Assembly (NCBI GenBank): GCA_965206595.1
Contig: OZ242214.1
Location: forward strand, 1,184,001 to 1,248,000
Direction: 5' to 3'
Length of the DNA stretch: 64,000 nt
DNA from: Candidatus Latescibacterota bacterium
Lineage (GTDB): Bacteria; Latescibacterota; UBA2968; UBA8231
The position numbers were made by a program, and so were the translations under genes. Numbering within the stretch: the stretch's first letter is position 1; every line of letters starts with the position of its first letter. Shown piece by piece: positions 10,145 through 19,164 of this stretch. Under the pieces are notes generated by a model. It worked only from the letters and a program-made list of their open reading frames with translations. It was not told the origin of the DNA and did no database searches.

Positions 10145-10993
10145 TCAGTCGATCTCGGGCCGGGGCGGATCGGCCCAGTGCCCGCTCGGGTCGCTGCCGC
10201 TGACGACGACCCCCTCGGAGTTCCAGTTGTACTCTGCGCGCACTTCGGTGGCGGCGTAGCGCAGGGTGAGGCCGCAGCGGCGGCGGTCGCACAGGTTCGG
10301 CGCCGAGCCGTGCAGCAGCAGGTCTGAGTGCAGAGATATCTCTCCCGCCTCGAGCTCGACGTCGACGACTCCGTGCCCGAAGCGTTCAGCCTCCGGGACG
10401 GTCTGGTTGAGGATGTTGGCCTCCGACTCGGCGCTGCGGACGAAATCGAGGTGGCCGTGCAGATGTGAGCCGGCGACGAACTGCATGCAGGCGTTTTCGC
10501 GGTCCGCCCTGTCCACGGCGAGCCAGACGGAGACCGTCTTCGAGGGAGTAAGGGGCCAGTAGCTGGCGTCCTGGTGCCAGGAGACGCGCTTGCCGTCGCC
10601 GGGCATCTTGCAGAAGAAGTGGGCGCCCCAGGAGATTAAATCGCTGCCGAGGATATCCCCGACGTAGGCGGTGATGCGCCGATCCCTGAGAAGGTCCCAG
10701 ACGAGGCCGTGCTTCATGTGCGCCGACACGATCGAGTAGCTGTCGGCCCCCTGGCGCTGCGCCTCCTCGAGCCAGCCGTCGAAATGGGCGCGCAGCTGAC
10801 CGATCTCGCCCTCCGGGAACACCTGGAACGGCAGCAGGTACCCCTCGCGGTTGTAGGACTCCAGCTGCCCGGGGCTCAGCTTCTCCCCGGCGGTAGCCGG
10901 CGCGGGGTGAAACCGCAGGTCCCTGTCGAGGGCGGCCAGCTCCTCCTGGGTGGGAAAATGGCGTGGGGTGGAATCCCAGAAACTCTTGCTCAC
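10145..10993 (-). CDS. PhyH family dioxygenase
   Basis: HFFCKMPG, SWHQDASYWP, ENACM, LLHGS; start uncertain (10993 or 11056). Confidence 0.88.
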   Translation of the reverse strand: MSKSFWDSTPRHFPTQEELAALDRDLRFHPAPATAGEKLSPGQLESYNREGYLLPFQVFPEGEIGQLRAHFDGWLEEAQRQGADSYSIVSAHMKHGLVWDLLRDRRITAYVGDILGSDLISWGAHFFCKMPGDGKRVSWHQDASYWPLTPSKTVSVWLAVDRADRENACMQFVAGSHLHGHLDFVRSAESEANILNQTVPEAERFGHGVVDVELEAGEISLHSDLLLHGSAPNLCDRRRCGLTLRYAATEVRAEYNWNSEGVVVSGSDPSGHWADPPRPEID

Positions 10994-11086
10994 GTGTTCT
11001 TTCCGCGCTGCGCTGGGGAAGCTCGCCAATATCAGCCGGCCCAAAGTCGGGGTCAATCGGGGAAGTGGCCTCGGGGCGGGTCTGCA

Positions 11087-12205
11087 TCAGCCGTTGCCGC
11101 CCCAGGCAAGGGACCCGGCCTCGGCGTCGGTCAGTCCCAGGTCGGCCTCTGGCTCGGCGCCGCGGCGTTCCCGCCAGGCGCACAGCACCTCGATCAGCTC
11201 CGGCAGCGACTCCGTGGTCAGAATACTGCGCCGCGTCGCCGAGTTCCTGTCGAGGTCCTTGAAGTAGAGGGCGAGGTGCTTGCGGGTTTCGAGCACCCCG
11301 ACCCGGTCTCCCTTGTGGTGCGCCATCAGCTTCAACTGCTCGATGGCGAGGTCGATGCGCTCCGGCAGTCCGACGTTCCTCCTGCCGGCGAAGATCCACG
11401 GGTTGGCGATGGCGGCGCGCCCGACCATGACTCCGGCGCAGCCGGTCTGCTCGCTCATGGCGACGGCGTCCTCGTAGGTGTGCACGTCGCCGTTGCCGAA
11501 CACCGGCAGGCTTGCCGCCTCCACTGCCGCGGCGATCCAGCCCCAGTCCGCCCTGCCCTTGTATTTCTGTTCCACGGTGCGTGCGTGAACGGCGATCGCC
11601 CGGGCGCCGGCCTCCTCGCAGCGTTTGATCACCTCGACGATGTTGACCGAACCGGCGTCCCAACCGATGCGGGTCTTGACGATTACGGGGATGGAAACCG
11701 CCTCGACCGCGGCGCGCACGGCGCGGTACAGGCGGTCGAGATCCCGCAGGTAAGCTGCGCCGCATCCCTTGCGCAGGATCTGGGGCACGCTGCAGCCGAA
11801 GTTGATGTCGACGAGGTGGCATCCGCGCCTCTCGAACTCGCGCGCCCCCGCGGCGATGAGATCGATGTCGTTGCCGTAGATCTGGGCGGCGAGAAGGGAC
11901 ATTCCGGTGCGGTCGTAGACGGCCGCGTCCGAGAAGTCGAGCAGCCTGCGGGTGCGCGCCGAGTTTTCTCCGATCACCCGGCAGTTGATGAACTCCACCC
12001 CGACGGTGCGCGCCCCCAAGCGGGCGCAGATCAGGCGGAACACCCAGTTCCCCACCCCCGCCATCGGGGCGAGGGAGAGCACCGGCATGCCGGGGCGCAG
12101 AGGGCGCACTCGATGCGGCCCGATCCCGAAGCCGTCACCCGGCTCGTTTTGGGACGGCCCTGGATGCGCCTGCGCCGGTGCTGTTGCGAGGGAAGAGGAG
12201 GACAT
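11087..12205 (-). CDS. dusB: tRNA-dihydrouridine synthase
   Basis: LAPMAG, DINFGC, VKTRIGW, VHART, GNGDV, VMVGRAAIANPW; start may lie further downstream. Confidence 0.88.
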   Translation of the reverse strand: MSSSSLATAPAQAHPGPSQNEPGDGFGIGPHRVRPLRPGMPVLSLAPMAGVGNWVFRLICARLGARTVGVEFINCRVIGENSARTRRLLDFSDAAVYDRTGMSLLAAQIYGNDIDLIAAGAREFERRGCHLVDINFGCSVPQILRKGCGAAYLRDLDRLYRAVRAAVEAVSIPVIVKTRIGWDAGSVNIVEVIKRCEEAGARAIAVHARTVEQKYKGRADWGWIAAAVEAASLPVFGNGDVHTYEDAVAMSEQTGCAGVMVGRAAIANPWIFAGRRNVGLPERIDLAIEQLKLMAHHKGDRVGVLETRKHLALYFKDLDRNSATRRSILTTESLPELIEVLCAWRERRGAEPEADLGLTDAEAGSLAWGGNG

Positions 12206-12254
12206 TGCTGTGCCGGCCGCCGCCGAAGGCGTCCGGGGCCGCGCCGGAACGGGA

Positions 12255-12584
12255 TCAGCTCCCCTGTTGCAGCTGCAGTTCCGCGGCCCTGGCTTTCGAA
12301 GCCTCGGCTTCGGCGATCATGCCCTTGCGCTGGTAGAACATCGACAGACTGATGTGGACGAGGAAGTCGTCGGGATTGATCTCCGCGGCGCGCTTCGCCG
12401 ATTCCAGGGCGGCGTCGAAATCCCCGAGCTTCTCCCAGACGTGTGCCAAGGCCTGGTGGACGTCGGCAAACTCTGGATCGATCTCGAGGGCCCGCCGAAA
12501 AGCGTCGGCGGCGGCCTCGAACTCCTGCCGGGCGTAGTAGTCCAGGCCGGTCATGTAGAGGGACAGTTTGTCGGCTTCGGTCAT
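12255..12584 (-). CDS. Small TPR protein
   Basis: MTEADK...AFRRALEIDPEFADVH...AAEINPDD; ATGA overlap with the adk stop. It is the C-terminal part of track ORF 12255..13208. Confidence 0.85.
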   Translation of the reverse strand: MTEADKLSLYMTGLDYYARQEFEAAADAFRRALEIDPEFADVHQALAHVWEKLGDFDAALESAKRAAEINPDDFLVHISLSMFYQRKGMIAEAEASKARAAELQLQQGS

Positions 12585-13294
12585 TGCCTGGGTTCCGGGG
12601 CCGGCGCCGGGAACTGCTGCCGGATCTTGTCCAGAGAAGGGTTGGACAGAGTTGGGTCGCCGGAGGAAAATGAAGCAGCTACATCCTTGAAGACGGTGTC
12701 TGAATCGGCGTTTCCGTCGACGGTAATCAGCCTCCCCAGGCACCGGTAACGGGCGATCACGGGGCCGGTCTCGCGGTGAAAGGTCGCCATGCGTTCGCGG
12801 ATCACCTCCTCGGTGTCGTCGGGGCGCTGCTCGAGGCGCCCGGCGACCTCGGCCGCGGGCGGGGCGCCGTCGAGGTGGAGGTTGTAGATCGTCCCGGTCA
12901 GCGGGTCGACTCGGCGTCCGGTCATGCGGTGGATTACCGCCTCGTCCGGAACGTCGATGAAGAGGACGCCGTCGAGCTGCAGGCCGCGGCGGTCGAGCAG
13001 TTCTTGGAACGAGTCGACCTGGGGCAGGGTACGGGGGTACCCGTCCATGACGAAGCCATCGCCGACATCCTTCTGGGCAAGGCGCTCGGCGACTAGTTGA
13101 TTCACGTGGTGGTCGGGCACGAGGTGCCCGGTCCGCATGTAGTGTTCCACGAGGACCCCGAGGTCGCTTTGCGAAGCAACGGCTTCCCGCAGCATGTCGC
13201 CGGTGCATACCTGAACGATGCCAAAGTGCTCGACAAGCCTCTTGGCCTGCGTCCCCTTACCGGAGCCAGGGGCACCCAAAAGGATCAAACGCAA
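12581..13294 (-). CDS. adk: Adenylate kinase
   Basis: GAPGSGKGTQ, TGDMLR, DGYPRT, LEQRPDD. Confidence 0.96.
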   Translation of the reverse strand: MRLILLGAPGSGKGTQAKRLVEHFGIVQVCTGDMLREAVASQSDLGVLVEHYMRTGHLVPDHHVNQLVAERLAQKDVGDGFVMDGYPRTLPQVDSFQELLDRRGLQLDGVLFIDVPDEAVIHRMTGRRVDPLTGTIYNLHLDGAPPAAEVAGRLEQRPDDTEEVIRERMATFHRETGPVIARYRCLGRLITVDGNADSDTVFKDVAASFSSGDPTLSNPSLDKIRQQFPAPAPEPRQ

Positions 13295-13307
13295 AAAGCT
13301 GTTCTCC

Positions 13308-13359
13308 TGTAGTGGATCGGGTGGCTGATTTTATGTAGTGGATCGGGTGGCTGATTTTC
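13308..13359. repeat. 26-bp tandem duplication in the adk leader
   Basis: tgtagtggatcgggtggctgatttt(a/c) x2. Confidence 0.9.
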
Positions 13360-13571
13360 GGCGAGGTTGGTTGAGGCGGGAAGCGCCGCATCTGCAGCAG
13401 TGGAGTTAATGCGGGCGGAAACGAATCACTGTATCTAACCAATCATCCGGGGTTTTGCAAGCCCAAGCTCCCTTTTCAGATTTCCGGAAAGTCTCGTGGG
13501 AGGGGCGGACCCCGGCGCGGGGTCACGGAATTGCCCTGTTCCGCGCGGGGCCTCCCAGCCTACCCCTGTTG

Positions 13572-13733
13572 CGGAGAGGCCCGTAGTACCGAGGAAGCCG
13601 GGTAATGCCGGTGGAGGGAAGGGGCCTTGGTTCGAGAGCAGCGGAGGACGGAGGACAGGACATGGGGACTGGCGAAAGCCTAACAGCTCCGGGAAAAGTT
13701 CAGAGACTCCAGACGACGCTACGAACGCGAAGG
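13572..13733 (+). mobile_element. Group II intron remnant (domain II/III region plus first codons of the RT ORF)
   Basis: cggagaggcccgtagtaccgaggaagccgggtaatgccggtggagggaaggggcc resembles the domain III consensus; followed by SLTAPGKVQRLQTTL, an RT/maturase-like N-terminus. No RT core or domain V. Confidence 0.75.
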
Positions 13734-13734
13734 T

Positions 13735-13959
13735 GTGAATGCCGCCTACGAAATCGGGGAGTACTGGGACAAGGTCACGCAAATCGACGTGGTCAACTTC
13801 AGGCAGGACGGCCGCACCGATATCGGAGAATGCAGGTGGGGGGCAGTGCGGTCGGCGGCGTCCTTGGCCGGGGAGCTGCAGAAAAGATCGAGGGCTATCC
13901 GAACCGCCGCGGTGCTGCGCTGCAGGGCCGGGTCCTTACGCGCGGGAAACTGGGGATAG
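13735..13959 (+). pseudogene. C-terminal fragment of a DUF234/ATPase-nuclease protein
   Basis: IGEYWDK..QIDVV...DIGECRWG, a PD-(D/E)xK-like tail. Confidence 0.55.
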
Positions 13960-14129
13960 GCAGGTCTCTGGCAAACGTGAGCTGCCACTCACTCGAAGCC
14001 CTGCACCACTGCAGCGTACAGCGGATAGACCGATAAGGAGCCCGAGTCTCCCACCCGGGGCCTGCACTGATTAAGGGAATGTTTTCCAATATGTTACGCC
14101 GTAGCCCCCCCGGGCGGCGGAGGCGGAAG

Positions 14130-14189
14130 ATTTTGCTTGCTCGACGTGTCCGGATTTTGCTTGCTCGACGTGTCCGATTGTGGTACCCT
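14130..14189 (+). promoter_or_regulatory. Putative sigma70 promoter within and after a 24-bp tandem duplication
   Basis: attttgcttgctcgacgtgtccg(g/a) x2 (14130-14177); TTGCTC-17 bp-TACCCT with upstream TG. Confidence 0.4.
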
Positions 14190-14204
14190 ATGCCATAATT
14201 CCGC

Positions 14205-14292
14205 GTCCGACACGATCACGGCGGCCGCGATCTGGCCACCGCCGTCGCGCCACGGAAGGCCGTCGACTCCACCCATGACCAGAAGCTCCGTG
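14205..14292 (-). repeat. 88-bp inverted copy of 17037-17124
   Basis: Reverse complement matches the 5' coding region of gene 16945..19164 with 4 mismatches (TELLVMGGVDGLPWRDGGGQ). Confidence 0.92.
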
Positions 14293-14318
14293 TAATAACC
14301 TCTCAGAAGGAGGAAGTT

Positions 14319-15251
14319 ATGAGAAAGCCGATCCTGCTCGCAGCAGCGGGCCTTTTCGCCTTCAACTCGGCGACCATAGCCCACGATCCACCGGAATTTT
14401 TGGCTCCGGTCTGGCAGTGGCCGGCTGGCGCCGTGCCGGTACTCGATGCGGACATGTCGGAGTACGACATCGTCCCGAGGGAGTTCTGGCTCCTGTCAGA
14501 GGACCTCATTCAGAACTACGACCAGGCGGAGGCCAGGGTCGCCCAGGGCGAGACGGCCGATCCTGCGAGCTGGGACATGCGTTTCCTCATGAGCTGGAAC
14601 GACGAGACGAACCGCATCTACTTCGCCTACGAAGAATACGACGACTATGAGACTTCCACCCCCCACGACAATTTCGAGTTCGGTCTCGACGCCGACCACT
14701 CGGGGGGCAGCATGTGGTTCGACGGGACGGACGAGGAGAATAATCGCGAGCGGGGCCGCCACGCCCAACCCTTCCACTGGTCCTTCAGCGGGGGTTGTGG
14801 TACTACCCATCGGGGGGTCTTTGGCTGGACTTGGTTCTGGATGACAGAGGCGGACTGGTACGGCGCCCCGAGATATACCGACCACGCGTTCAAGTATACC
14901 GAGGGATCGCCCTGCAGCCTCTCGGAGACCAGGAAGAACGTCGAGTGGTACCAGGTCTTCTGGGACGACTTCAACTGGGCGGATCCCGACGCGCCCCTGC
15001 ACGACTTCGAGGCCGGTGAGATCATAGGCGCGCACCCCCGCCTCAAGGATTTTGATCACAACGAAGAGAATGACGACACTGAGGATGTGCCTCCCGGAAC
15101 GGCAAGCAGGTGGGTGCTCTCGGCGCAAGGCGCCGCGTTCGGCGACGCCGATTTCTGGGCCGATTTTCAGCTCATGGGGGTCGCTGATGACTTCCCCTCC
15201 GCGGTCGAGGAGGACAGCTGGGGCCGGATAAAGGCTTCAGTGGCCAGGTAG
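14319..15251 (+). CDS. Secreted protein, possibly CBM9/DOMON-like, with AVEEDSWGRIK tail
   Basis: AGGAGG RBS; signal peptide; PVLDADMSEY, IYFAYE, DNFEFGLDADHSGG. Confidence 0.8.
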   Translation: MRKPILLAAAGLFAFNSATIAHDPPEFLAPVWQWPAGAVPVLDADMSEYDIVPREFWLLSEDLIQNYDQAEARVAQGETADPASWDMRFLMSWNDETNRIYFAYEEYDDYETSTPHDNFEFGLDADHSGGSMWFDGTDEENNRERGRHAQPFHWSFSGGCGTTHRGVFGWTWFWMTEADWYGAPRYTDHAFKYTEGSPCSLSETRKNVEWYQVFWDDFNWADPDAPLHDFEAGEIIGAHPRLKDFDHNEENDDTEDVPPGTASRWVLSAQGAAFGDADFWADFQLMGVADDFPSAVEEDSWGRIKASVAR

Positions 15252-15273
15252 AACCGCGTCCAACGAACACCAG

Positions 15274-15310
15274 AAATAGGGGGGGGGCTAATCAAGCCTC
15301 CCCTATTTTT
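15274..15310 (+). terminator. Rho-independent terminator
   Basis: aaatagggggggggc...gcctcccctattttt. Confidence 0.7.
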
Positions 15311-16810
15311 ATGTGCGCCATCCCGCTCGGACTTGTCCTCCTCGTCTCCGGCGCTCTCCTCGGTGGCTGCGGGGAGAACGACGCCGAGATGAATCGGCTG
15401 TTGGAGCAGGGAAAGGGTCATTACTGGAAAGGGGAGCACGCCTCGGCGATCGACGTCCTCGAGAGGCTCGCCAGAGATCGACCCGATGACCGGGAAGGCC
15501 ACCTCTATCTCGCCAAGTCCTATCTGTCTCTTGGTCGGCACCAGGAGGCCGAGCGCCAGATCGAGGCGGCCATGGCACTCGCACCCGACGACGCCAGGTT
15601 CTTCGAGCTTCTCGGGATCATCCACACTGCGCGGTTCACTTCGAAACCGTACACCGAGACCTGGCAGCGCCACGGCGAAGACGCCATCGCGGCTTTTCAA
15701 AGAGCGATTGCCCTCGATTCACTGAGGCCCGGTCCCTACTACAACCTCGGCATCATGTACGACTACCTGGACAGCACTCGACTCGCCACCGAGGCCTTTA
15801 TCTCTGCCCTGAGAGCGGACTCCACTGTCGCCCCCGTCCACAAGAAACTCGGCCTCATCTACCGGAATCAGGGTCTTCGGCAGGAAGCGATATCCCCTCT
15901 CGAAAAAGCCGTGCATTACGCTCCCGACGATGCGGAGTCCTACTTCAACCTCGGAATGGCCTACGGCGACATCCGCGATTTCGACAAAGCGGTCGCCAGC
16001 CTCGAAAGAGCGGCTGAACTCAATCCCATAGATCACAAGATCCAACATACTCTGGGCACTATGTACATGCGGCAAGGCCACCAGGAGAAAGGGCGGCGCC
16101 TTGTGGAAAGAGCCAAGCGCATGCGCCAGCTGCTCGGCAGACTCCACGCAGAGGTCACGCCGCCGAGGTACGGAGCCGTCTCACTCGGCTCGGCGAAGGA
16201 TCACTACCACATGGGCCTAGTCCACATGATGGCGGGACGGCTCGATAAGGCCATCGCCGAACTCCGCCAATCCGCCGAGATCGATCGCGACCGCAAGGAC
16301 CCTCAATCGGCGCTGGGCATGGCGCTCCTCGAAAGCGGCAGGGCGGACGAAGCCGTCGTTCCCCTGCAGCGAGCCGTCGAGCTGGATGGGGAGGACCCCA
16401 TCGCGCAGATGCGACTCGGATGGGCCTACCGCGAGCTGGATCGACTTCCCGAGGCGCTGAGGGCTTTCGAGGAGGCGTCCCGTCTCGACACGAGCCTTCC
16501 CGAGGCTTTCTTGAATCGTGCTGACATCCACTTTCGCAGAGGCGATTTTCGAGGATCCATCGGCTTGCTGCGGCGCGCCATCGAGCTGCGCCCGACCTAC
16601 GCCCGGGCTCATCTGAATCTCGGCGCCTCGTACGTGAGGCTGGCCCGGTTCGACAGCGCCGCGGCAGCCTATGAGCGGGTTACGGAGCTGCAACCGGAGA
16701 ACGCCGTGGCTCACCTCTACCTCAGCGATGTGTACGGCACCCTGGGCCGGCCCGACGACAGCGAGCGAATCAAAGAAAGGGCCAGGGAGCTGACACAGCG
16801 GGGGAACTGA
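15311..16810 (+). CDS. TPR-repeat lipoprotein
   Basis: Lipobox LLGGC; many TPR units (YYNLG, YFNLG, HLNLG). Confidence 0.88.
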   Translation: MCAIPLGLVLLVSGALLGGCGENDAEMNRLLEQGKGHYWKGEHASAIDVLERLARDRPDDREGHLYLAKSYLSLGRHQEAERQIEAAMALAPDDARFFELLGIIHTARFTSKPYTETWQRHGEDAIAAFQRAIALDSLRPGPYYNLGIMYDYLDSTRLATEAFISALRADSTVAPVHKKLGLIYRNQGLRQEAISPLEKAVHYAPDDAESYFNLGMAYGDIRDFDKAVASLERAAELNPIDHKIQHTLGTMYMRQGHQEKGRRLVERAKRMRQLLGRLHAEVTPPRYGAVSLGSAKDHYHMGLVHMMAGRLDKAIAELRQSAEIDRDRKDPQSALGMALLESGRADEAVVPLQRAVELDGEDPIAQMRLGWAYRELDRLPEALRAFEEASRLDTSLPEAFLNRADIHFRRGDFRGSIGLLRRAIELRPTYARAHLNLGASYVRLARFDSAAAAYERVTELQPENAVAHLYLSDVYGTLGRPDDSERIKERARELTQRGN

Positions 16811-16888
16811 GGGGCCGTCCGCTTGATCGACGCCTCGGATAGTCATACGTTGCCGTCTTTAATCGACCTTACCTCTTAAGAACGGGGA

Positions 16889-16920
16889 TCGAGCTCCCCT
16901 TTTTCGAGCTCCCCTTTTTC
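16889..16920. repeat. 15-bp tandem duplication upstream of a gene
   Basis: tcgagctcccctttt x2, followed by tggtatag. Confidence 0.85.
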
Positions 16921-16944
16921 TGGTATAGAGGAAATCCTGCGTCG

Positions 16945-19164
16945 ATGTGTAATCCTCTGCTGACAGCGATAGTCAACGTGCGTGCCGGTCTGGTTGCGAC
17001 GTTTCTGGCCGCCTCGATTTCGGCCGCCACGGCGGCCACGGAGCTCCTGGTCATGGGTGGAGTCGACGGCCTTCCGTGGCGCGACGGCGGTGGCCAGGTC
17101 GCGGCCACCGTGATCGTGTCTGACCAGGCGATCGAGCACACGAACACTCCTGGTGGCGTCGTGGACTTCGAGCGCGAGGGGAAAGAGACCTGGATTTTTC
17201 CCTCGGAGGCGGACACGAGTGAGAACATCCTCATCGGTTTCACGTCGGCGTCCAGGGGCGGGAGCGTGGAAACACCGATCCCGTCCTTCGAGATTCTCGA
17301 ACCCGACTTCAGGAACATGCACGACGGCGATGCCAATACGGCCCTCGTCGTCGCGGCGGAGCGTTTCGGAGCATCCGGTGCCAAGGGTCTGATCCTCAAT
17401 TTCGACCTCGGTTCGGTGTTCGCCATCAACCGCATCCGGTTCTCTCCGCGCGCCGCCTTCAGGCGCGACTTCACCAAGGGCTACCAGCTGTTCCTCAACG
17501 ATGGGTCTCCCGAGGCCGTACGGGCTAACAGTCTGATCTGGGACGAAGTGGCAGAAGAAGGGCAGAATGAGGAGGTCGATGTCGACATCCGCTTCGACAC
17601 GAGATTCGTACGCCATATCCGCTTCCGATCCACGGCCCTGCCCACCTTCGAGATCGCCGAGTTCGAGGTGTTCAGCGAGGGGTTTGCGCCACAGGCCCTG
17701 TATCTTTCGGACATCTTCGACTTCGGTGAACCGGCGATCCTCGGAAACCTGCGCTGGGTCCGGGAAAAAATCGGCGACGAGGCCAGGTCTCGGGCTCTGA
17801 TCCGCACCCGGACGGGAATCGATCCCGAACCGGTTGAGTACACCCGCATCGGCGTGCAATCTTCGGGCCGCCAGCTCCGATCGGGCGCCCTCATCACCGA
17901 TGTGCCCATCGATGCCCTGTGGAAGAAGGCCGAGGACGTGGAGGACGCGGACCTGAAGTCGGTGGTGGAAACGCTTCTGGATCACGAATCCCGCGACGGG
18001 CGCGAGGTGTTGCTGGACTTCACCAGTTTGCCGCTGGAGGACCGGCTGCGCCTCGCCCTCGACGAGGACGACTATTTCGACCTCGACGCCGACGAGAGGT
18101 CCGTCATCCGGGACGATCTGACGAACTGGAGCTCGTGGTCGGCGCCCTATCCTCTGGATGGCGTCGTGGACGAAGGCCGGCTCGCGGATCCCCTGGCCGG
18201 AACGCCGGTTGCCTCACCGACGCCGCGACGGTACTTCCAGTTCATGATCCAATTCTTCAACGACAGCTTCAAAGCCGCCACCGGGACCGGGGCCCTTGCC
18301 GTGGACGTGACGAAACCCGCCTTCGCCCAATCACTCATAGCCGAAATCTTCCCGCGCCAAGCCGAGGTCGGCCGGGAGACGGAGTTCACCTACGCCGTCC
18401 TCTACAGATCTGACGGGCGGGATGCCGGGTTCGACCGCTTCGAGGTCAGGACGCCGGTGAGGACTGAGAGCGTCGGCCGGGTCGAGATCTCAGAGCCGGA
18501 TGGAAATGTCACCTTCGCCGACTTCACCGGGCAATCGCTGGCGAATCCACCGGTGACACAGGGGCAGTTCGGCATCGAAGAATCGCGGCAAGACGGGTTC
18601 GTCATCTCCTTCCCCCAGGTGCAGCGGGACAGCACTCTCTTGAAGATCGACTTCAGCAGCGCCGTCCTGCGAGTGGGAACGCGGTTCAGCGGCGGGGCGC
18701 GGAACAGCGCCGACACACTGTTCGCGCATCCGGTGATAGCGGGGAATGCAGCCGATCTGAGCCGTGGACAGCTGGTGGATCCCGACGGGCCTGTCGGCAC
18801 GCTCAAGGAGAGGAACCTCTTCGTGGACGTGCAGGTCGTCGACCAGTTGCTCGTCAATGTCGGCACGGACATCGGCGTCTTCACGCCGAACCAGGACGGC
18901 ATCAACGACACGGTGACCATACAGTACGACGTGACGAACGTCGCGCCGGCGCTCGCAGTAGAGGTGCGGATTTTCGACCTCTCGGGTCGCCTGGTCAGCT
19001 CGCAAACGCAGGGACGCCGCAGCGGCCGCTACCGACACACATGGGACGGACGGAACCAGGCCGGCGAGCTCGTCCCACCCGGCAACTATGTGTACGCCGT
19101 CTCAATGAATGTTCCCGGCTCGGCTGACGCGCAAAGCGCGGGGGTCGTCGGTGTCGCGTATTGA
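16945..19164 (+). CDS. Secreted protein with discoidin-like region and FlgD-Ig/CHU_C-like C-terminal domain (paralog 1)
   Basis: Signal peptide; DGDANT...FDLGSVFAINRIRF; FTPNQDGINDT...IFDLSGRLV...WDGRNQAGELVPPGNY. Confidence 0.85.
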   Translation: MCNPLLTAIVNVRAGLVATFLAASISAATAATELLVMGGVDGLPWRDGGGQVAATVIVSDQAIEHTNTPGGVVDFEREGKETWIFPSEADTSENILIGFTSASRGGSVETPIPSFEILEPDFRNMHDGDANTALVVAAERFGASGAKGLILNFDLGSVFAINRIRFSPRAAFRRDFTKGYQLFLNDGSPEAVRANSLIWDEVAEEGQNEEVDVDIRFDTRFVRHIRFRSTALPTFEIAEFEVFSEGFAPQALYLSDIFDFGEPAILGNLRWVREKIGDEARSRALIRTRTGIDPEPVEYTRIGVQSSGRQLRSGALITDVPIDALWKKAEDVEDADLKSVVETLLDHESRDGREVLLDFTSLPLEDRLRLALDEDDYFDLDADERSVIRDDLTNWSSWSAPYPLDGVVDEGRLADPLAGTPVASPTPRRYFQFMIQFFNDSFKAATGTGALAVDVTKPAFAQSLIAEIFPRQAEVGRETEFTYAVLYRSDGRDAGFDRFEVRTPVRTESVGRVEISEPDGNVTFADFTGQSLANPPVTQGQFGIEESRQDGFVISFPQVQRDSTLLKIDFSSAVLRVGTRFSGGARNSADTLFAHPVIAGNAADLSRGQLVDPDGPVGTLKERNLFVDVQVVDQLLVNVGTDIGVFTPNQDGINDTVTIQYDVTNVAPALAVEVRIFDLSGRLVSSQTQGRRSGRYRHTWDGRNQAGELVPPGNYVYAVSMNVPGSADAQSAGVVGVAY

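Noticed and set aside
12585-13208. 317-aa ORF overlapping adk
   Set aside because: The Arg/Pro-rich N-terminal part is an off-frame shadow; only 12255..12584 looks like a real TPR gene.
14205-17124. Diversity-generating retroelement template/variable repeat pair
   Set aside because: The four mismatches are not adenine-specific, the repeat is inverted and N-terminal, and no intact RT is present.
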